Assembly (NCBI RefSeq): GCF_963921235.1
Contig: NC_086104.1
Span: forward strand, 26,164,001-26,228,000
DNA length: 64,000 bases
From: Mobula hypostoma
Lineage: Eukaryota
Direction: 5' to 3'
In this document: positions 49,146-62,359 of the stretch, one piece after another
Position numbering within the stretch: the stretch's first letter is position 1
Layout of the letters: every line of letters starts with the position of its first letter
Program-made: the position numbers and the translations under genes
Notes under the pieces: model-generated
Database searches by the model: none
The model's input: the letters and a program-made list of their open reading frames with translations, nothing else
Told to the model about the DNA's origin: nothing

Positions 49146-51504
49146 CTTATCTTTCTGCTGCAGTCCCTTTTTGTTCACCCACAAGTGAAAAGGGGAGCAA
49201 GAAGAGACCAGCAGGTCCCTCCAGTATGTCTCATCATTCAATATGATCATGGTTGAACTACTCCGGGCGTCAACTTCTGCTCTGTGTTGAATCCTCACAG
49301 CCCTCAATGGTCAATCTTACAAACATTTGTTAAATTCCACTTTAAGTACTTCTAAAGAACCGCAATCTACAACTTCCTGGGGTAGGGTCAACATTTACCA
49401 TACAATAAGAGCATCTGCCATATGTTTTGTAAAGTTGTAACATAACGTCCCAACTTTTATATTCTATGCCCCAGCCTATAAATACCGTAAGTCTTCTTCA
49501 CCACCCAATCTAGCTATGTTGGCACTTTCAGGGAAATATGGATTTGAATCCTAGTGTCCTTCTGTTCATCAACATGCCTTGGTTACATTGGTATTCCCTG
49601 CAAACCATAGAGGCCTCTACATGACTTGCTAGAACTGATAAGACTGAGCGCACGTTTTTGGGATCCTATACATAATCATAATAATATGGTATGAACTGAT
49701 GTTAAGTCAAATATAGCCACCAATTTCAAAGGATTCAAAGGGTTATCATCAAAGTATATAACTCTGAGATTCTTCTTCCCCTTATAGCCGTGATACCAAG
49801 AATAAAAAAGAACTGCGACACAAGCATCAACCCCCTCCAAATCCCCCTCCCCTGCACACAAAAAATGATTTAAAAAATGGACAAAAGCTCAGAATATAAA
49901 AAACTATAAGATTTAAAAAAAACTCATAGTCCATTGTCCAAAATCATATCCACATGCACAACGCAGAAAACCTCGGTAACATCCTCCAGGCCCACCAGCA
50001 GGCCACTGTCACTTGCATATTTTACTGAGAATTGCATTTTAGAAAGAGAATGGCATTTGTCCTCAATAGAAGTTGTTTCTGCAAAGATTTGAACTCGTTT
50101 AAACATCAAGATTTGAACAAGCGAAATCGAATTTTCTTGGGTAAGAGCAGGCAAACACTGTACATTGGCCACTGTTGAAGATTATAAAATATTTAGACCT
50201 GTACAAGTTCCAACATAATGTGATATTACGTATCTTGTATTCCATTTTGGAGGGTTCTCAGTGGGAGACCTGGCTACAACACTGTAAGTCTTACTCTTTA
50301 ACCGGGGATCTTTGAGTATTAGAGTTTAAGGAAAGATTCAGTAGCCATCAGTCAATATAGGTTAAATGTTTTAGCAGTGAATTAGAGAAAGTACATCAAG
50401 GATTGAATTGCATTAGCAAGCACATAGAAAAACAATGTTAACACTGAATATGAATGTTTAAAATCTGGATAGCAATTCTTGCGTCTGACATTCATTTGGG
50501 ATTGGATCATTTTGCAGTTAAAATTTAGAATTTTATTACAGTATTTATGCAATTGTCAGACAATTTTACTGCTGGAATAATTGATAAAGCCATGGTGCTT
50601 AACTTCACAAAAAACGTATTTCAGTAACATCTGACAAGATAACTTATAACTGCTGCAGGGAAGTTGGATCCAATTACATATGTTTGTCATATGCAAATTT
50701 TTCTTGAAACTGGTGTCAGAGAATCATTTTGAGGTGAAATTGCACCTATTGGGAGGCTGGCGTGTCCCTGTCAATACACAATTCACCTTAGCACAAATAA
50801 AACTTTATTACTGCCACTTGTACATTTAATGCTCCTGCAAGACATACATAGCTCATATCCACATTATATCAACGTTCTAGGATACAACCCAGGACCTCCA
50901 TTGAAGGTAAGCAAAACAAGGAGGCAAATTACACAGGCATTTGCCACTGAGATATCAATTACCGTGATATCAATATTTTTGCACTCAGTAGCTGATGCCT
51001 CAGTCTTCAGGATATTGGAAACTGCAACAGTGGTGCTTCCTTCACACCTCAAAGCCTTTTTCATATCAGAGCTTCATTCTTAGGTCTCTATCCCCTGGAT
51101 CAAATGAGTCAAGGTTACTCGCTGGCACGGGCAGTTGGTTGGACCAGATATGGAGGAGGGAGGGTAAGTGAGGGGTAAATAAAATAAAATAGCACATATC
51201 ACTATGTCTCCCTTGCTCCTTATTTCCCTTGCCTCCATGGCAGCCTTTAATGCTGCTGTCCAGCAGTTGCCAAGGAAGGAGTTCCACTGAGATCTAGTGC
51301 TCTACCCAGTGACTATAGCTATAAAGTTATTATTCCGTATTCTGCTGGGAACTATGCAGCTCCTTTTTTGGAAGATGGTTTTGCATGCAAACCTGCACAG
51401 TGTGGCATTTAATATATTCTTACAAAATGCAGAAGGAACTCAGCAGGTCAGGTACCATCTATGGGTCTCGGCATGAAATGTCAACTGCTACTCTTCTCTT
51501 CTTG

Positions 51505-53802
51505 TAGTTAGGGATGCTTTTGGAAAGAGTGATCACAGTATGATTGAGTTTCTCATACAAATGGAGGGTGCAATGTTTCAATTGAAAACCAGTGTATTAA
51601 GCCCAAACAATGGAGACTACAATGGGATGAGGGAGGATTTGGCTAGTGTAGACTGGGAACACAGGCTTTATGTTGGGACGGTTGAGGAACAGTGGAAAAC
51701 TTCCAAAGAAATTTTTCATGGTGCTCAACAGAAGTATATTCCAGTTAAAAGCAAGGGCAGTAAGGGTGGGGACAGCCAGCTTTGGATAACTAAGCAGATA
51801 AAAAAAAGGCATCAAACTAAAAGCTCGTGTGTACAAAGTTGCCAAGAGTAGTGGGAAACTGGAAGATTGGGAAGTTTACAAAGCAACAAAGAACCAGTAA
51901 GCGAGTAATAAAGAAAGGGAGAAAGATTATGAAAATGAACTAGTACAAAATATAAAAATGGACAGTAAAAGCTTTATAATTATATAAAGCGGAAAAGGGT
52001 GGCTAAAGTGAACAAAGTTCCCTTGGAGGACGAGAAGGAGGAATTAATATCGGGTAATGTGGAAATGGCCGAGGCTTTGCATGACTATTTTGTGCTGGTC
52101 TTCATGGTGGAGGACACATCTAACATGACAAAGAGAGATGGTATGAATGTGATGGGAGGTGAGGACCTTTATACAATAGCTATCACTAAAGAGGTAGTCC
52201 TGAGTAAACTTGTGGGCCTAAAGATAGACAAGTCCCCTGGTCCTGATGGAATGCATCCCAGGGTACTGAAAGAAATGGCAGAGGTTATAGTAGAGGCTTT
52301 GGTGATGATTTACCAAAATTCTCTGGACTCTGGGCAGGTCCTGGCAGATTGGAAGATAGCAAATGTCATGCCACTGTTCAAAAAAGGATGTAGGCAAAAG
52401 GCAGGTAACTATAGGCCAGTTATTTTAACATCTGTAGTTGGGAAAATGCTAGAAGCTATTATTAAAGAAGAAATAGCAAGGCATCTGGAAAGAAATGGAT
52501 CCATCAGGCAGACACAGCATGGATTCAGCAAAGGCAGGTCCTGTTTGACAAACTTACTAGAGTTCTTTGAGGATATAACGAGTGCAGTGCATAGAGGGGA
52601 ACAGATGGACGTTATTTACTTGGATTTCCAGAAGGCGTTCAATAAATTGCTGCATAAAAGACTTATCCTTAAGATAAAGATGCATAGAATTGGGGGTGAT
52701 GTATCAGCATGGATAGAGGATTAGTTAACCAATAGAAAGCAGAGAGTTGGGATACGCAGGTGTTACTCTGGTTGGCTATCAGTGGTGAGCAGTGCACTGG
52801 GGTCGGTGCTGGGCTCGCAACTGTTCATGATATACATTAACAATCTGGAAGAGGGGACCAAGTGTAGTGTATCTAAGTTTGTTGATGATACTAAATTGAG
52901 TGGAAAAGCGAATTGTGTAGAAGATATGGAGAGTCCGCAGAGAGATATAGATAGGTTAAATGAGTGGGCAAAGGTCTGTCAGATGGAGTACAATGTTGGT
53001 AAATGCTAGGTCATCCACTTTGGAAGGAAAAATGGAAGATCTGATTTTTATTTAAATGGTAAAAATTTGCAGTATGCTGCTGTTTTTCAGAGGGACTTAG
53101 GAGTCCTTGTGCATGAATCACAGAAGGTTGGTTTGCAGGTGCAGCAGGCTATCAAAAAGGCAAATGGGATGTTTGTTTTCATTGCGAGTGGGATTGAATT
53201 TAAGAGCAGGGAGGCTATGCTGCAACTGTACAAGGTACTGGTGAGGCTGCACCTGGAGTACTGCATGCAGATCTGGCCTCCTTACTTGAAGAAGGATATA
53301 CTGGCTTTGGAGGTGGTGCAGAGGAGGTTCACCAGGTTGATTCCAGAGATGAGGGAGTTACACTATGAGGAAAGATTGAGTTGCCTAGGACTGTACTCAC
53401 TGGAATTCAGATGAATGAGTGGAGATCTTATAGAAACATATAAAATTATGAAAGGGATAGATATGATAGAGGCAGGAAAGTTGTTTCCACTGGTTGGTGA
53501 GACTAGAATTGGAGGATATAGCCTCAAGATTTGGGGGAGTAGATTTAGGATGGAGATGAGGAGGAACTGCTTTTCCCAGAGGGTGGTGAATCTGTGGAAT
53601 GCTCTGCCCAATGAAGCAGTGTGGGCTACATCAGTAAATATATTTAAGACAAGGGTGGATAGATTTTTGCATAGTAGGGGAATTAAGGGTTATGGGGAAA
53701 AGGCAGGTAGGTGGAGATCAGCCATGATCTTATGAATGGTGGAGCAGGCTCGACGGGCCAAATGGCCTACTCCTGCTCCTACTTCTTATATTCTTATGTT
53801 TC
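51505..53802 (+). mobile_element. CR1 LINE ORF2 (end of APE plus RT), 5'-truncated
   Basis: 241-aa ORF with KSPGPDGMHPRVLKE and LDFQKAF; KFVDDTK; FSQRVVNLWNALP; (TTCTTAT)n tail. Confidence 0.95.
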
Positions 53803-54984
53803 ATAGACGCTCCCTGGCCTGCTGCATTCTTCCTGCATATTGGGTGTGTTGTTCGTATATACAGCGTCTGCAGATTTTCTTGTCTGATGAATGAATTCTT
53901 CCCTGGGGTTTCACTGGCTGTTAGCATTCCATCAAGCACACTTTAGTGGAATACATGAAAAATGGATGAAAGCCAAATAATGGGACAATAAAGACACAGG
54001 TCCTCATCCAACCTGCTCACACTACACCAGTTCCAACAATTATGGTCCTTAGTGACACACACTGCAAAATGTGGATCATATCATAGGGAAGACAGACATG
54101 GACAGTGAAGTGCATCACTGACTTCCATGTGCCAACAATTGAGGAGTTGGGTATTTGAAGCTCTAGATAGTAGAGGTATCACAAAATATCAGTGTTCTCC
54201 TCTGGGACAACATGGGCTATGTTGGTGTGATTGTATTATTTTCATGCCTGACACCAGACAATAAGACCATAAGATATAGGAGCAGAAGCAGGCCATTCGG
54301 CCCATCAAGTTTGCTCCGCCATTCAATCATGGCTGATCCAAATCTTCCAGTCATCACCACTCCCTTGCCTTCTCCCCATACCTTTTGAAGCCCTGGCTCA
54401 TCAAGAACCTATCTATCTCTGCCTTAAATGCACCTAGTGACTTGGCCTCCACAGCCACTCATTGTAACAAATTCCACAGACTTACCATCCTATGACTAAA
54501 GTAATTTCTCCACATCTCTATTCTAAATGGACGTCCTTCAATCCTGAAGACATGCTTTCTTGTCCTAGATTCCCTTACCATGGGAAATAACTTTGCCGTA
54601 TCTAATCTGTTCAGGCCTTTTAGCATTCAGAATGTTTCTATGCTATCCCCCCCTCATTCTCCTGAACTCCAGGGAATACAGCGCAAGAGCTGCCAGACGT
54701 TCCTCATATAGTAACCCTTTCATTCCTGGAATCATTTTCCTGAGTCTTTCCTGAACCCTCCCAATGTCAGTATATCCTTTCTAAAATAAGGAGCACAAAA
54801 CTGCACACAGTACTCCAAGTGTGGTCTCACGAGTGCCTTATAGAGCCTCAACATCATATCCTTGGCTCTTATATCCTATACCTCTAGAAATGATTGCCAA
54901 CATTACATTCGCCTTCTTCACCACTGACTCAACCTGGAGGTTAACCTTTAGGGTAACCTGCACAAGGACTTCTGAGTCCCTTTG

Positions 54985-57554
54985 AACATGGAACATAGAA
55001 CAGTACAGCACAGTACAGGCCCTTCGGCCCACAATGTTGTGCCGACCCTTAAACCCTGCCTCTCATATAACCCTCCTCCTTAAATTCCTCCATATACCTG
55101 TCTAGTAGTCTCTTAAATTTCACTAGTGTATCTGCCTTCACCACTGACTCAGGCAGTGCATTCCACGCACCAACCACTCTCTGAGTAAAAAAACCTTCCT
55201 CTAATATCCCTCTTGAACTTCCCACCCCTTACTTTAAAGCCATGTCCTCTTGTATTGAGCAGCGGTGCCCTGGGGAAGAGGTGCTGGCTGTTCACTTTGT
55301 CTATTCCTCTTATTATCTTGTATACCTCTATCATGTCTCCTCTCATCCTCCTTCTCTCCAGAGAGTAAAGCCCCAGCTCCCTTAATCTCTGATCATAATC
55401 CATACACTTTAAACCAGGCAGCATCCTGCTAAATCTCCTCTGAACCCTTTCCAATGCTTCCACATCCTTCCCATAGTGAGGCGACCAGAACTGGACACAG
55501 TACTCCAAGTGTGGCCTAACCAGAGTTTTATAGAGCTGCATCATTACCTTGCGACTCTTAAACTCTACCCCTTGACTTATGAAAGCTAACACCCCATAAG
55601 CTTTCTTAACTACCCTATCCACCTGTGAGGCAACTTTCAGGGATCTGTGGACATGTACCCCGAGATCCCTCTGCTCCTCCACACTACCAAGTATCCTGCC
55701 ATTTACTTTGTACTCTGCCTTGGAGTTTGTCCTTCCAAAGTGTACCACCTCACACTTCTCCGGGTTGAACTCCATCTGCCACTTCTCAGCCCACTTCAGC
55801 ATCCTATCAATGTCTCTCTGCAATCTTCGACAATCCTCTACACCAGGGGTAGGCAACCTATGGCCCGTGGACCAGACCTGGCCCGTGAAGGTAATTTGAC
55901 TGGCTCGCAAGCAAATATTAGGATACTATGCTTATCTAGCCCACGAGCAATTTTTCCTTATTCTGAGTGTTTCACGTGACCACACTGATGGACATGCATG
56001 GCGTCTTGTTACACTGGCCCCAGGTTCCGTTTTGTTCCAAACCAAACACTGGTGCATACGAATGACGGGAAGGCAGACTACCTTATTAATATGTATTAGA
56101 TACTGTCCGTGCACACACAGGTTTTCAGATGGGATCGTTCAAATTTGTAAACAGAAACAGCGCCATTGTGTTTTAACAAGAAATCCATGCTAAATATCCA
56201 GATATTTACATGTGCTACGATACTTGTTGAATAACTCGCGTTTCGAAATAAAATCAAAGAAAAAAATTCAACGGCAATGAATGCAAAACGCAGGAAGGTA
56301 GACGCTGAGTGCTGAAAAAGCAGTGAAAAGGAAGGAAATACATGTGCCAGCTATGAAGTCTCAAAACGCATTGCAGAAAAGATGAAGCCTTTTACAAATG
56401 GAGAGTTTGTCAAAGAATATTTACTGGCAGTGGTGGATATTGTTTGTCCTGAAAAGAAATCTTTATTTGCATCTATCAGCCTGTCAGCAAGAACGATCAC
56501 ACAGCGAGTTGAAGAAATGTCAGCAGATGTTAAAAGTTGTTTAAGGGATGCCTGCAATGAATTGCATCTTTTTTCAATTGCGCTTGATGAGAGTACAAAC
56601 TTGAGAGACACTGCTCAAATAGCAGTGTTTGTGCGAGGAGTGACCTCAACTTCTCAAATTTTTGAATAGTTTATTCAATTAATTCCTATGAAGGACACGG
56701 TTACTGGAGCAGACATTTTTGAAGCTTTGCTGAAAATGATGTCAGAAATGAAACTTAATGTGTCGAAGCTAATTGGCATCACAACTGATGGGGCACCAGC
56801 AATGGTGGGACAGAAAAACTAAACTGAATTCTTTGATTACTAAATGGCATCCTTGGTTAAGCACAAATGATTTTCTAGCATGTGTTATTCATTAATTTGA
56901 GGCAAAACATAACTAGATGTATTTAAATGGATAATTCCCATATTTCAAGATTTTTATGGCATTTATCTGGCCCACCATCCGCTCATTAATACCCGATCCG
57001 GCCCACAGAGGCAAAAAGGTTGCCGACCCCTGCTCTACACTATCCACAACATCACCAACCTTTGTGGTGTCTGCACACTTGCCAACCCACCTTTCTACCC
57101 CCACATCCAGGTCGTTAATAAAAATCACGAAAAGTAGAGGTCCCAGAACCGATCCTTGTGGGACACCACTAGTCACAACCCTCCAATCTGAATGTACTCC
57201 CTCCACCACAACCCTCTGCTTTCTGCTGGCAAGCCAATTCTGAATCCACCTGGCCAAACTTCCCCGGATCCCATGCCTTCTGACTTTCTGAATAAACCTA
57301 CTGTGTGGAACCTTGTCAAATGCCTTACTAAGATTCATGTAGGTCACATCCACTGCACTACCCTCATCTATATCCCTGGTCACCTCCTCAAAAAACTCTA
57401 TCAGGTTTGTTAGACAACAATCTGCCCTTCACAAAGCCACGCTGACTGTCCCTGATCAGACCATGATTCTCTAAATGCTCATAGATCCTATCTCTAAGAA
57501 TATTTTCCAACAGCTTTCCCACCACAGAAGTAAGGCTCACTGGTCTATAATTAT
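54985..57554 (-). mobile_element. CR1 LINE (inner, younger), interrupted by a hAT element
   Basis: Has its own tail at 54985. The RT frame reads ...KVGDVVDSVE | [hAT] | VEDCRRLQRDIDRML... Confidence 0.9.
55844..57032 (+). mobile_element. hAT-Charlie DNA transposon, internally deleted (GTF2IRD2/SPIN-like transposase remnant)
   Basis: TIRs CAGGGGTAGGCAACCT / AGGTTGCCGACCCCTG; perfect 8-bp TSD CTCTACAC; transposase KPFTNGEFVKE...SLSARTITQRV...FSIALDEST. Confidence 0.93.
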
Positions 57555-58359
57555 CTGCATCTCTGCATTTTGAATTCTCTCCCCATCTAAATAATAGTCT
57601 GCCTGTTTATATCTTTCACTAAAGTGCATGACCATACACTTTCCTACATTGTATTTCATTTGCCACTTCTTTGCCCATTCCCCTAAACTATCCCAGTCTC
57701 TCTGCAGGCCTTCTGTTTCCTCAACACTACCCACTCCTCCACCTATCTTTGTATCATTGGCAAATTTAGCCACAAATCCATTAATCCAATAATCCAAATC
57801 ATTGACATACATCGTAAAAAGCAGTGGTCCCAACACCGACCCCTGTGGAACACCACTGGTAGCTGGCAGCCAGCCAGAATAGGATCCCTTTATTCCCAAT
57901 CTCTGTTTTCTGCTGATTAGCCAATGCTCCACCCATGCTAGTAACTTCCCTGTAATTCCATGGGCTCTTATCTTGCAAAGCAGCCTCATGTGCGGCATCT
58001 TGTCAAAGGCCTTCTGAAACTCCAAGTACACCACATCTACTGCATTTCCTTTGTCTACACTGCTTGTAATTTCCTCAAAAAATTGCCGTAGGTTAGTCAG
58101 GCAGGATTTTTCTTTCAGACTCTCAAAACAGATATTTTAATCTAAGCTCCATCATGGGAAGAAATCATCAGGGGGATGGAGAAAAATATATTGAAGCAAC
58201 TGTTCAAAACATCCTTGAAAATATGAAACATGCTTAAGCAGTCCTGGGACTCTCCAGTCCTTAAGAAGGAGCATTTGCGATATCAGTGATTGGTCATATG
58301 GGTGTAATTGGATGGCACGAGGGCATTGAGCTGGAAGGACAGCTCATGATGCTGTATCT

Positions 58360-58790
58360 CTAAAAAGCTCCAATTTACAGGATTGATTGAAACTACAGAG
58401 GGTTGTAGACTCCGCTTGTTAAGACATGGCCACAAGCCTCCCCATCATCAAGGACATCTTTAAAACGAGGTGGCTCAAGAATACAGCTTCCATCATTAAA
58501 GGCTCCTCACCATCTGGGACAAGTCTTCTTCTCATTGCCACCATCGTGATGGAGGTGCAGGAGACTGAAGACAAACACTCAACAATTTAGGAACCGCTTC
58601 TTCCCATCTGCCCATCAGATTTCTGAACAGTTCGTGAACCCATGGACTTTAATTCACTATTCATCTTTATTTATTTATTTATTATTTTTTAAATTTTTTG
58701 TTATAATTTATGTCTTGCACTGTGCTGTTGTCACAAAACAACAGATTTCATGACACACTGTATGCTAATGATAATAAGCCTCAGTGCCAC
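58360..58790 (+). mobile_element. Rex1/Babar-like 3' fragment
   Basis: KLQRVVDSA...ASIIKGSHHLG...RNRFFPSA-like remnants and an AT-rich tail. Confidence 0.65.
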
Positions 58791-59246
58791 TAATGCATCC
58801 ATAAATCCCTGAAATTCACTGGATGAAGAAACTAACGTTCTCTTCCCAACCCGCATTCCCACCTCTGAGACCTTGGTTACACTCAGAGAGATACATTGGG
58901 AAGCCATCTGAAAATGTTTTTTTTTCTCTTTAATAAGGAATTCTTTAGGCCAAGATTTAAAAAACAACTCTCCCAATAATGAGCCTCACACATAGGGAGA
59001 AGATTCACCCCATAGGGCTTTTGGACCCTGAGATGAAAAGAAATGGTGAATATGGCCGTAATATGCATTCTCAGCAAACAAAGCCAGACGTTAATGCCAA
59101 AATACTTTAGGATATTCTTTTTAATGCAGTACTGCGAAAGTTCTTTATTAAATTTGCTGTTTAGTGATAGCAGCATCACTGAATGCTGAAAAAGACTGCC
59201 ATAATTTTATTGCTACCACACTGTTGTTTAAACAGCTGCAGAAGTA

Positions 59247-60086
59247 CACTTGGTAGCCACTTTATTGGGTGCCTCCTGTAGTGTATGTTCGTGGTCTTCT
59301 GCTGCTGTAGCCCATTCACTTCAAAGTTTGATAAGTTGTGCCTTCTGACATGTTCTTCTGCACACCACTGTTGTCAAACACGGTTAATTGAATTATCCAT
59401 GATCCTCTCGTATCCCCTTTTGCCAATCACCTGTCCAGCTCTTGGCTCAATCCCTCCCCCTCCTGTCTTCTCCTATCATTTTGGATCCCCCCGCCACCAC
59501 TTTCAAATCTCTTACTATCTCTTCTTTCAGTTAGTCCTGACGAAGGGTGTCGGCCTGAAATGTCGACTGTACCTCTTCCTAGAGATGCTGCCTGGCCTGT
59601 TGCGTTCACCAGCAACTTTGATGTGTGTTGCTTCAATTTCCAGCATCTGCAGAATTCCTGTTGTTTTAATTGAATTACTGTTGTCTCCCAGTCAGCTTGA
59701 ACCAGTCTGGCCATTCTCCCCGACCGCTCTCATTAACAAGTTATTTTCTCTCCCACCGAAGTGCCTCTCACTGGATGCGGTTTTTCTGGGGCTTTTTTGC
59801 ACTATTCTCTGTAAACTCTAGAGACTGTTTTGTGTGAGAATTCCAGGAGATCTGCAGTTTCTGAGATATTCAAAACAACCTGTGTGGCACCAACAATCAT
59901 TCCATGGTCAAAGTCACTTAGGTCACATTTCTTCACAATTCGGATGTTTGGTCTGGACAACAACTGAACCTCTTGATTACTTATGCATGTTTTAATGCAT
60001 TGAGTTGCTGCCACATGATTGGCTGATTAGATATTTGCATTAATGAGCAGGTGTACAGGTGTACTTAATGAACTGGTCACTGAATG
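59247..60086 (-). mobile_element. Tc1/mariner deletion derivative
   Basis: TA-flanked degenerate TIRs; transposase HTH KKCDLSDFDHGMIVGA...ISETADLLEFSHKTVSRVYRE. Confidence 0.85.
59396..59665 (+). mobile_element. Penelope-derived insert with hammerhead motif, inside Tc1
   Basis: 12-bp TSD TTAATTGAATTA (59384-59395 / 59666-59677); AGTC-CTGACGA-AGGGTGTCGGCCT-GAAA-TGTC-GACT at 59533-59568. Confidence 0.85.
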
Positions 60087-60289
60087 TACATGCCAATGGA
60101 ATAACAAAAGGGAAATTAGATTGATAAATTATGAATCTGATTTAATCACCAGCCAATATTATACATGGCATTTTAAATTCAAAGATAATTTTCTTTGCTT
60201 TTTTCCACTGTTCCAATACTTATCCTGTATCTCCAGTGTATTATTAAAGGCTTGTCAGGTGCAGACAAAACAGAACTTTGAACAAGTAC

Positions 60290-60379
60290 CTTTTTTTTAG
60301 CCTGGAGCAGCTCCTGATAGGCACTGGAACGTATGAAACGAGGGTAGGAATCACTTTTCATCAGTTTGTAAATGTGCTC
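60290..60379 (-). CDS. RGS7: RGS7 coding exon (end of RGS domain)
   Basis: 90-nt phase-0 exon, tttcag|GAG...AAG|gtactt. Encodes [44 protein letters not shown] is the RGS7 form; RGS6 has ARFLRSNAYQDLLL. Confidence 0.97.
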
Positions 60380-60874
60380 CTGAAACAACAAGATGTCAGC
60401 TGTAAACTTAAATAAACTCATGTAGCACATGTATAGTGAAGTCTAACAGTGAGAACACATTGTAAGAATACAAGAAAATAGGACTCTGTTCGTCCCTCAA
60501 GCCTGTCCCACAATTCTCATTGATCTTGGCTGATCTGCCTCGATTTCATCTCCTCATATCATCAATTTTCTGGTATTTAAAGCGGTGTGGCACAGTACAG
60601 GCCCTTCAGTCCATGATGTCTTTATCTAACTTTGTTATATACCCTCAGTAAAATAGCCTCCATAACCTCCAGGTGCTTCATTTTTCTCCCACATTCTGAA
60701 GATATCAAGGTTGATGGGTGAGTTGGCCACTGTAAATGACCCTCAGTATGTAGGGCATTAGAGTGAAAGATTTAAGAAGTACCTTTGTGGTAACTTCTTC
60801 AAGAAGAATGTGGTGTGCATATGGAGTGAGCTCCCAGAGAAGGTGGTTGAGGTAAGTAGGGTGGTTGATATGGG

Positions 60875-61410
60875 TGGCTCACTGGCATAGTGGTTAGTGT
60901 AACACTTTTCAGTGCCACCAATCGGAATATTGAGGTTCAGTTCCTGCTGTTAACTGTAAGAAGTTTGTGTGTTCACCCCGTGACTGTGTGGGTTTTCTCT
61001 GAGTGCTCCCATTTCCAAGGACAAACACGTAGTCAGGCAAATATGAAAAAATCTTCAGCTGCTGGAAATCCAAAGCAAGACACACAAAATGCTGGGGAAT
61101 TCGGCAGGCTAGGCAGCATCTATGGAGAAGAGTAAGCAGTTAGCGTTTTCGCCCAAGACCCTTCCTGATCCTGATGAAGGGTCTCGGCCCAAAACGTCAG
61201 CTGTTTAGTCTTTTCCTTGGACGCTGCCTGGCTTGGTGAGCTGCTCCAGCATCCTGTGTGTGTTACGTATAGATAAAGTTAGGGTTAGCAAGTCGCAGCC
61301 AGAAGCGAGACAGCACTTGTGGGCTGCTCCCAGCATATTTTTACATTGTATTTATCATTGAGCAAATTCATTGTATGTTTCAATGTACATGTAAAATATA
61401 AAGCTAATCT
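60875..61410 (+). mobile_element. V-SINE-like element interrupted by a palindromic Penelope-derived insert (about 61038-61263)
   Basis: tRNA head TGGCATAGTGG...GGTTCAGTTCC and V-domain. The insert has diverged inverted arms centred near 61168. Confidence 0.7.
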
Positions 61411-62051
61411 CGCTTTAAATTCCCTTCTCTTTAGAAGAACAACATTACAAAAAAAATTTGGATAAGTACGTGGGAGAACTTGGAGGAAACCCATGTTGTC
61501 GATCTCAGCAGAGACAAGACCCGAGGTTTCCACTGAACCTGGGTTTAATAGATCCCTAAAGCAACATCTATACCAGCTGTTCCACTGTGTTGCCCCATTT
61601 GCATTCTGCTTCTTCTTAACCTTTGATTGATCGTCCTCTCAGTTTTGGAGTACTTCATGGGTCAGGTGACACTCTGTAGGCAAAAGAGTAAATTGGCAAT
61701 CTACTCATGGGCCCGTGAAATGGCCGCAGAAAGATCTCAGAAGAGACACTTATGGTGATTCATCTTTTGATTGCTACAAAATAGGAAGATGGATAATGGC
61801 ATTTTCTGACCCCACTCAAATAATCTATGCTCCACTATCACTTCCCTCCTTGTAGAAAATGTGCAGTTTCATAATGCAGATAACAAGAAGATTATTTATA
61901 AGTTATGAGTAATCCAGTAATAGCCACATGCCTTCATTCACTGCATGATGCCTATTTTCCCTGGACACACGCAGCTTACATCAATGTACATTTCCTGCGG
62001 CAATTCTAAAAATAATGAGCACTTTTTACCTCAGCGATGTAAATTGCTCAC

Positions 62052-62238
62052 CTGAGCATCTTCAAATGCATATCTTCCTGGGTCCTTCACATTTTGTGTG
62101 GTCTTATCATAGCTTTTGGAATCTACATTTATGGCACTGGGGGCTCCTGGGGCTAAAAACTCCAGCCAGATTTCTTGAACACGAGACGGCACCTCACGAA
62201 TGGGCCTTTTCTTCAGGTCCAGGACAGCTAACCAGAAC
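62052..62238 (-). CDS. RGS7: Regulator of G-protein signalling 7, internal coding exon (RGS domain)
   Basis: 187-nt exon flanked by aacag|G and CAG|gtgagc. Encodes (R)[62 protein letters not shown], the R7-family RGS domain. Confidence 0.96.
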
Positions 62239-62359
62239 CTGTTCAAATGTTAAACGATATTCTGTTATTACGGCTTGCATTGCTATGATTTAGCAGTTGT
62301 TAGCTAATGAGATAATGTGAGAAACCCGAGCAGGAGTAGGCCTTTCAGCCTTTCAAGTT

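Larger units (their letters stand above)
54261..58118 (-). mobile_element. CR1 LINE (outer; pieces 54261-54984 and 57555-58118)
   Basis: The two pieces join across the insert as ...gtccctttg|catctctgcattttg...; RT GVPQGSVLGP and KFANDTK. Confidence 0.88.

Noticed and set aside
55149-55910. 253-aa ORF as a novel fusion protein
   Set aside because: Chance read-through from the hAT terminus into CR1 ORF2.
56382-56669. GTF2IRD2-like host gene
   Set aside because: Lies between hAT TIRs with a TSD and has stops and deletions, so it is a transposase remnant.
60290-62238. Assignment as RGS6
   Set aside because: Diagnostic residues ([42 protein letters not shown]) match RGS7.
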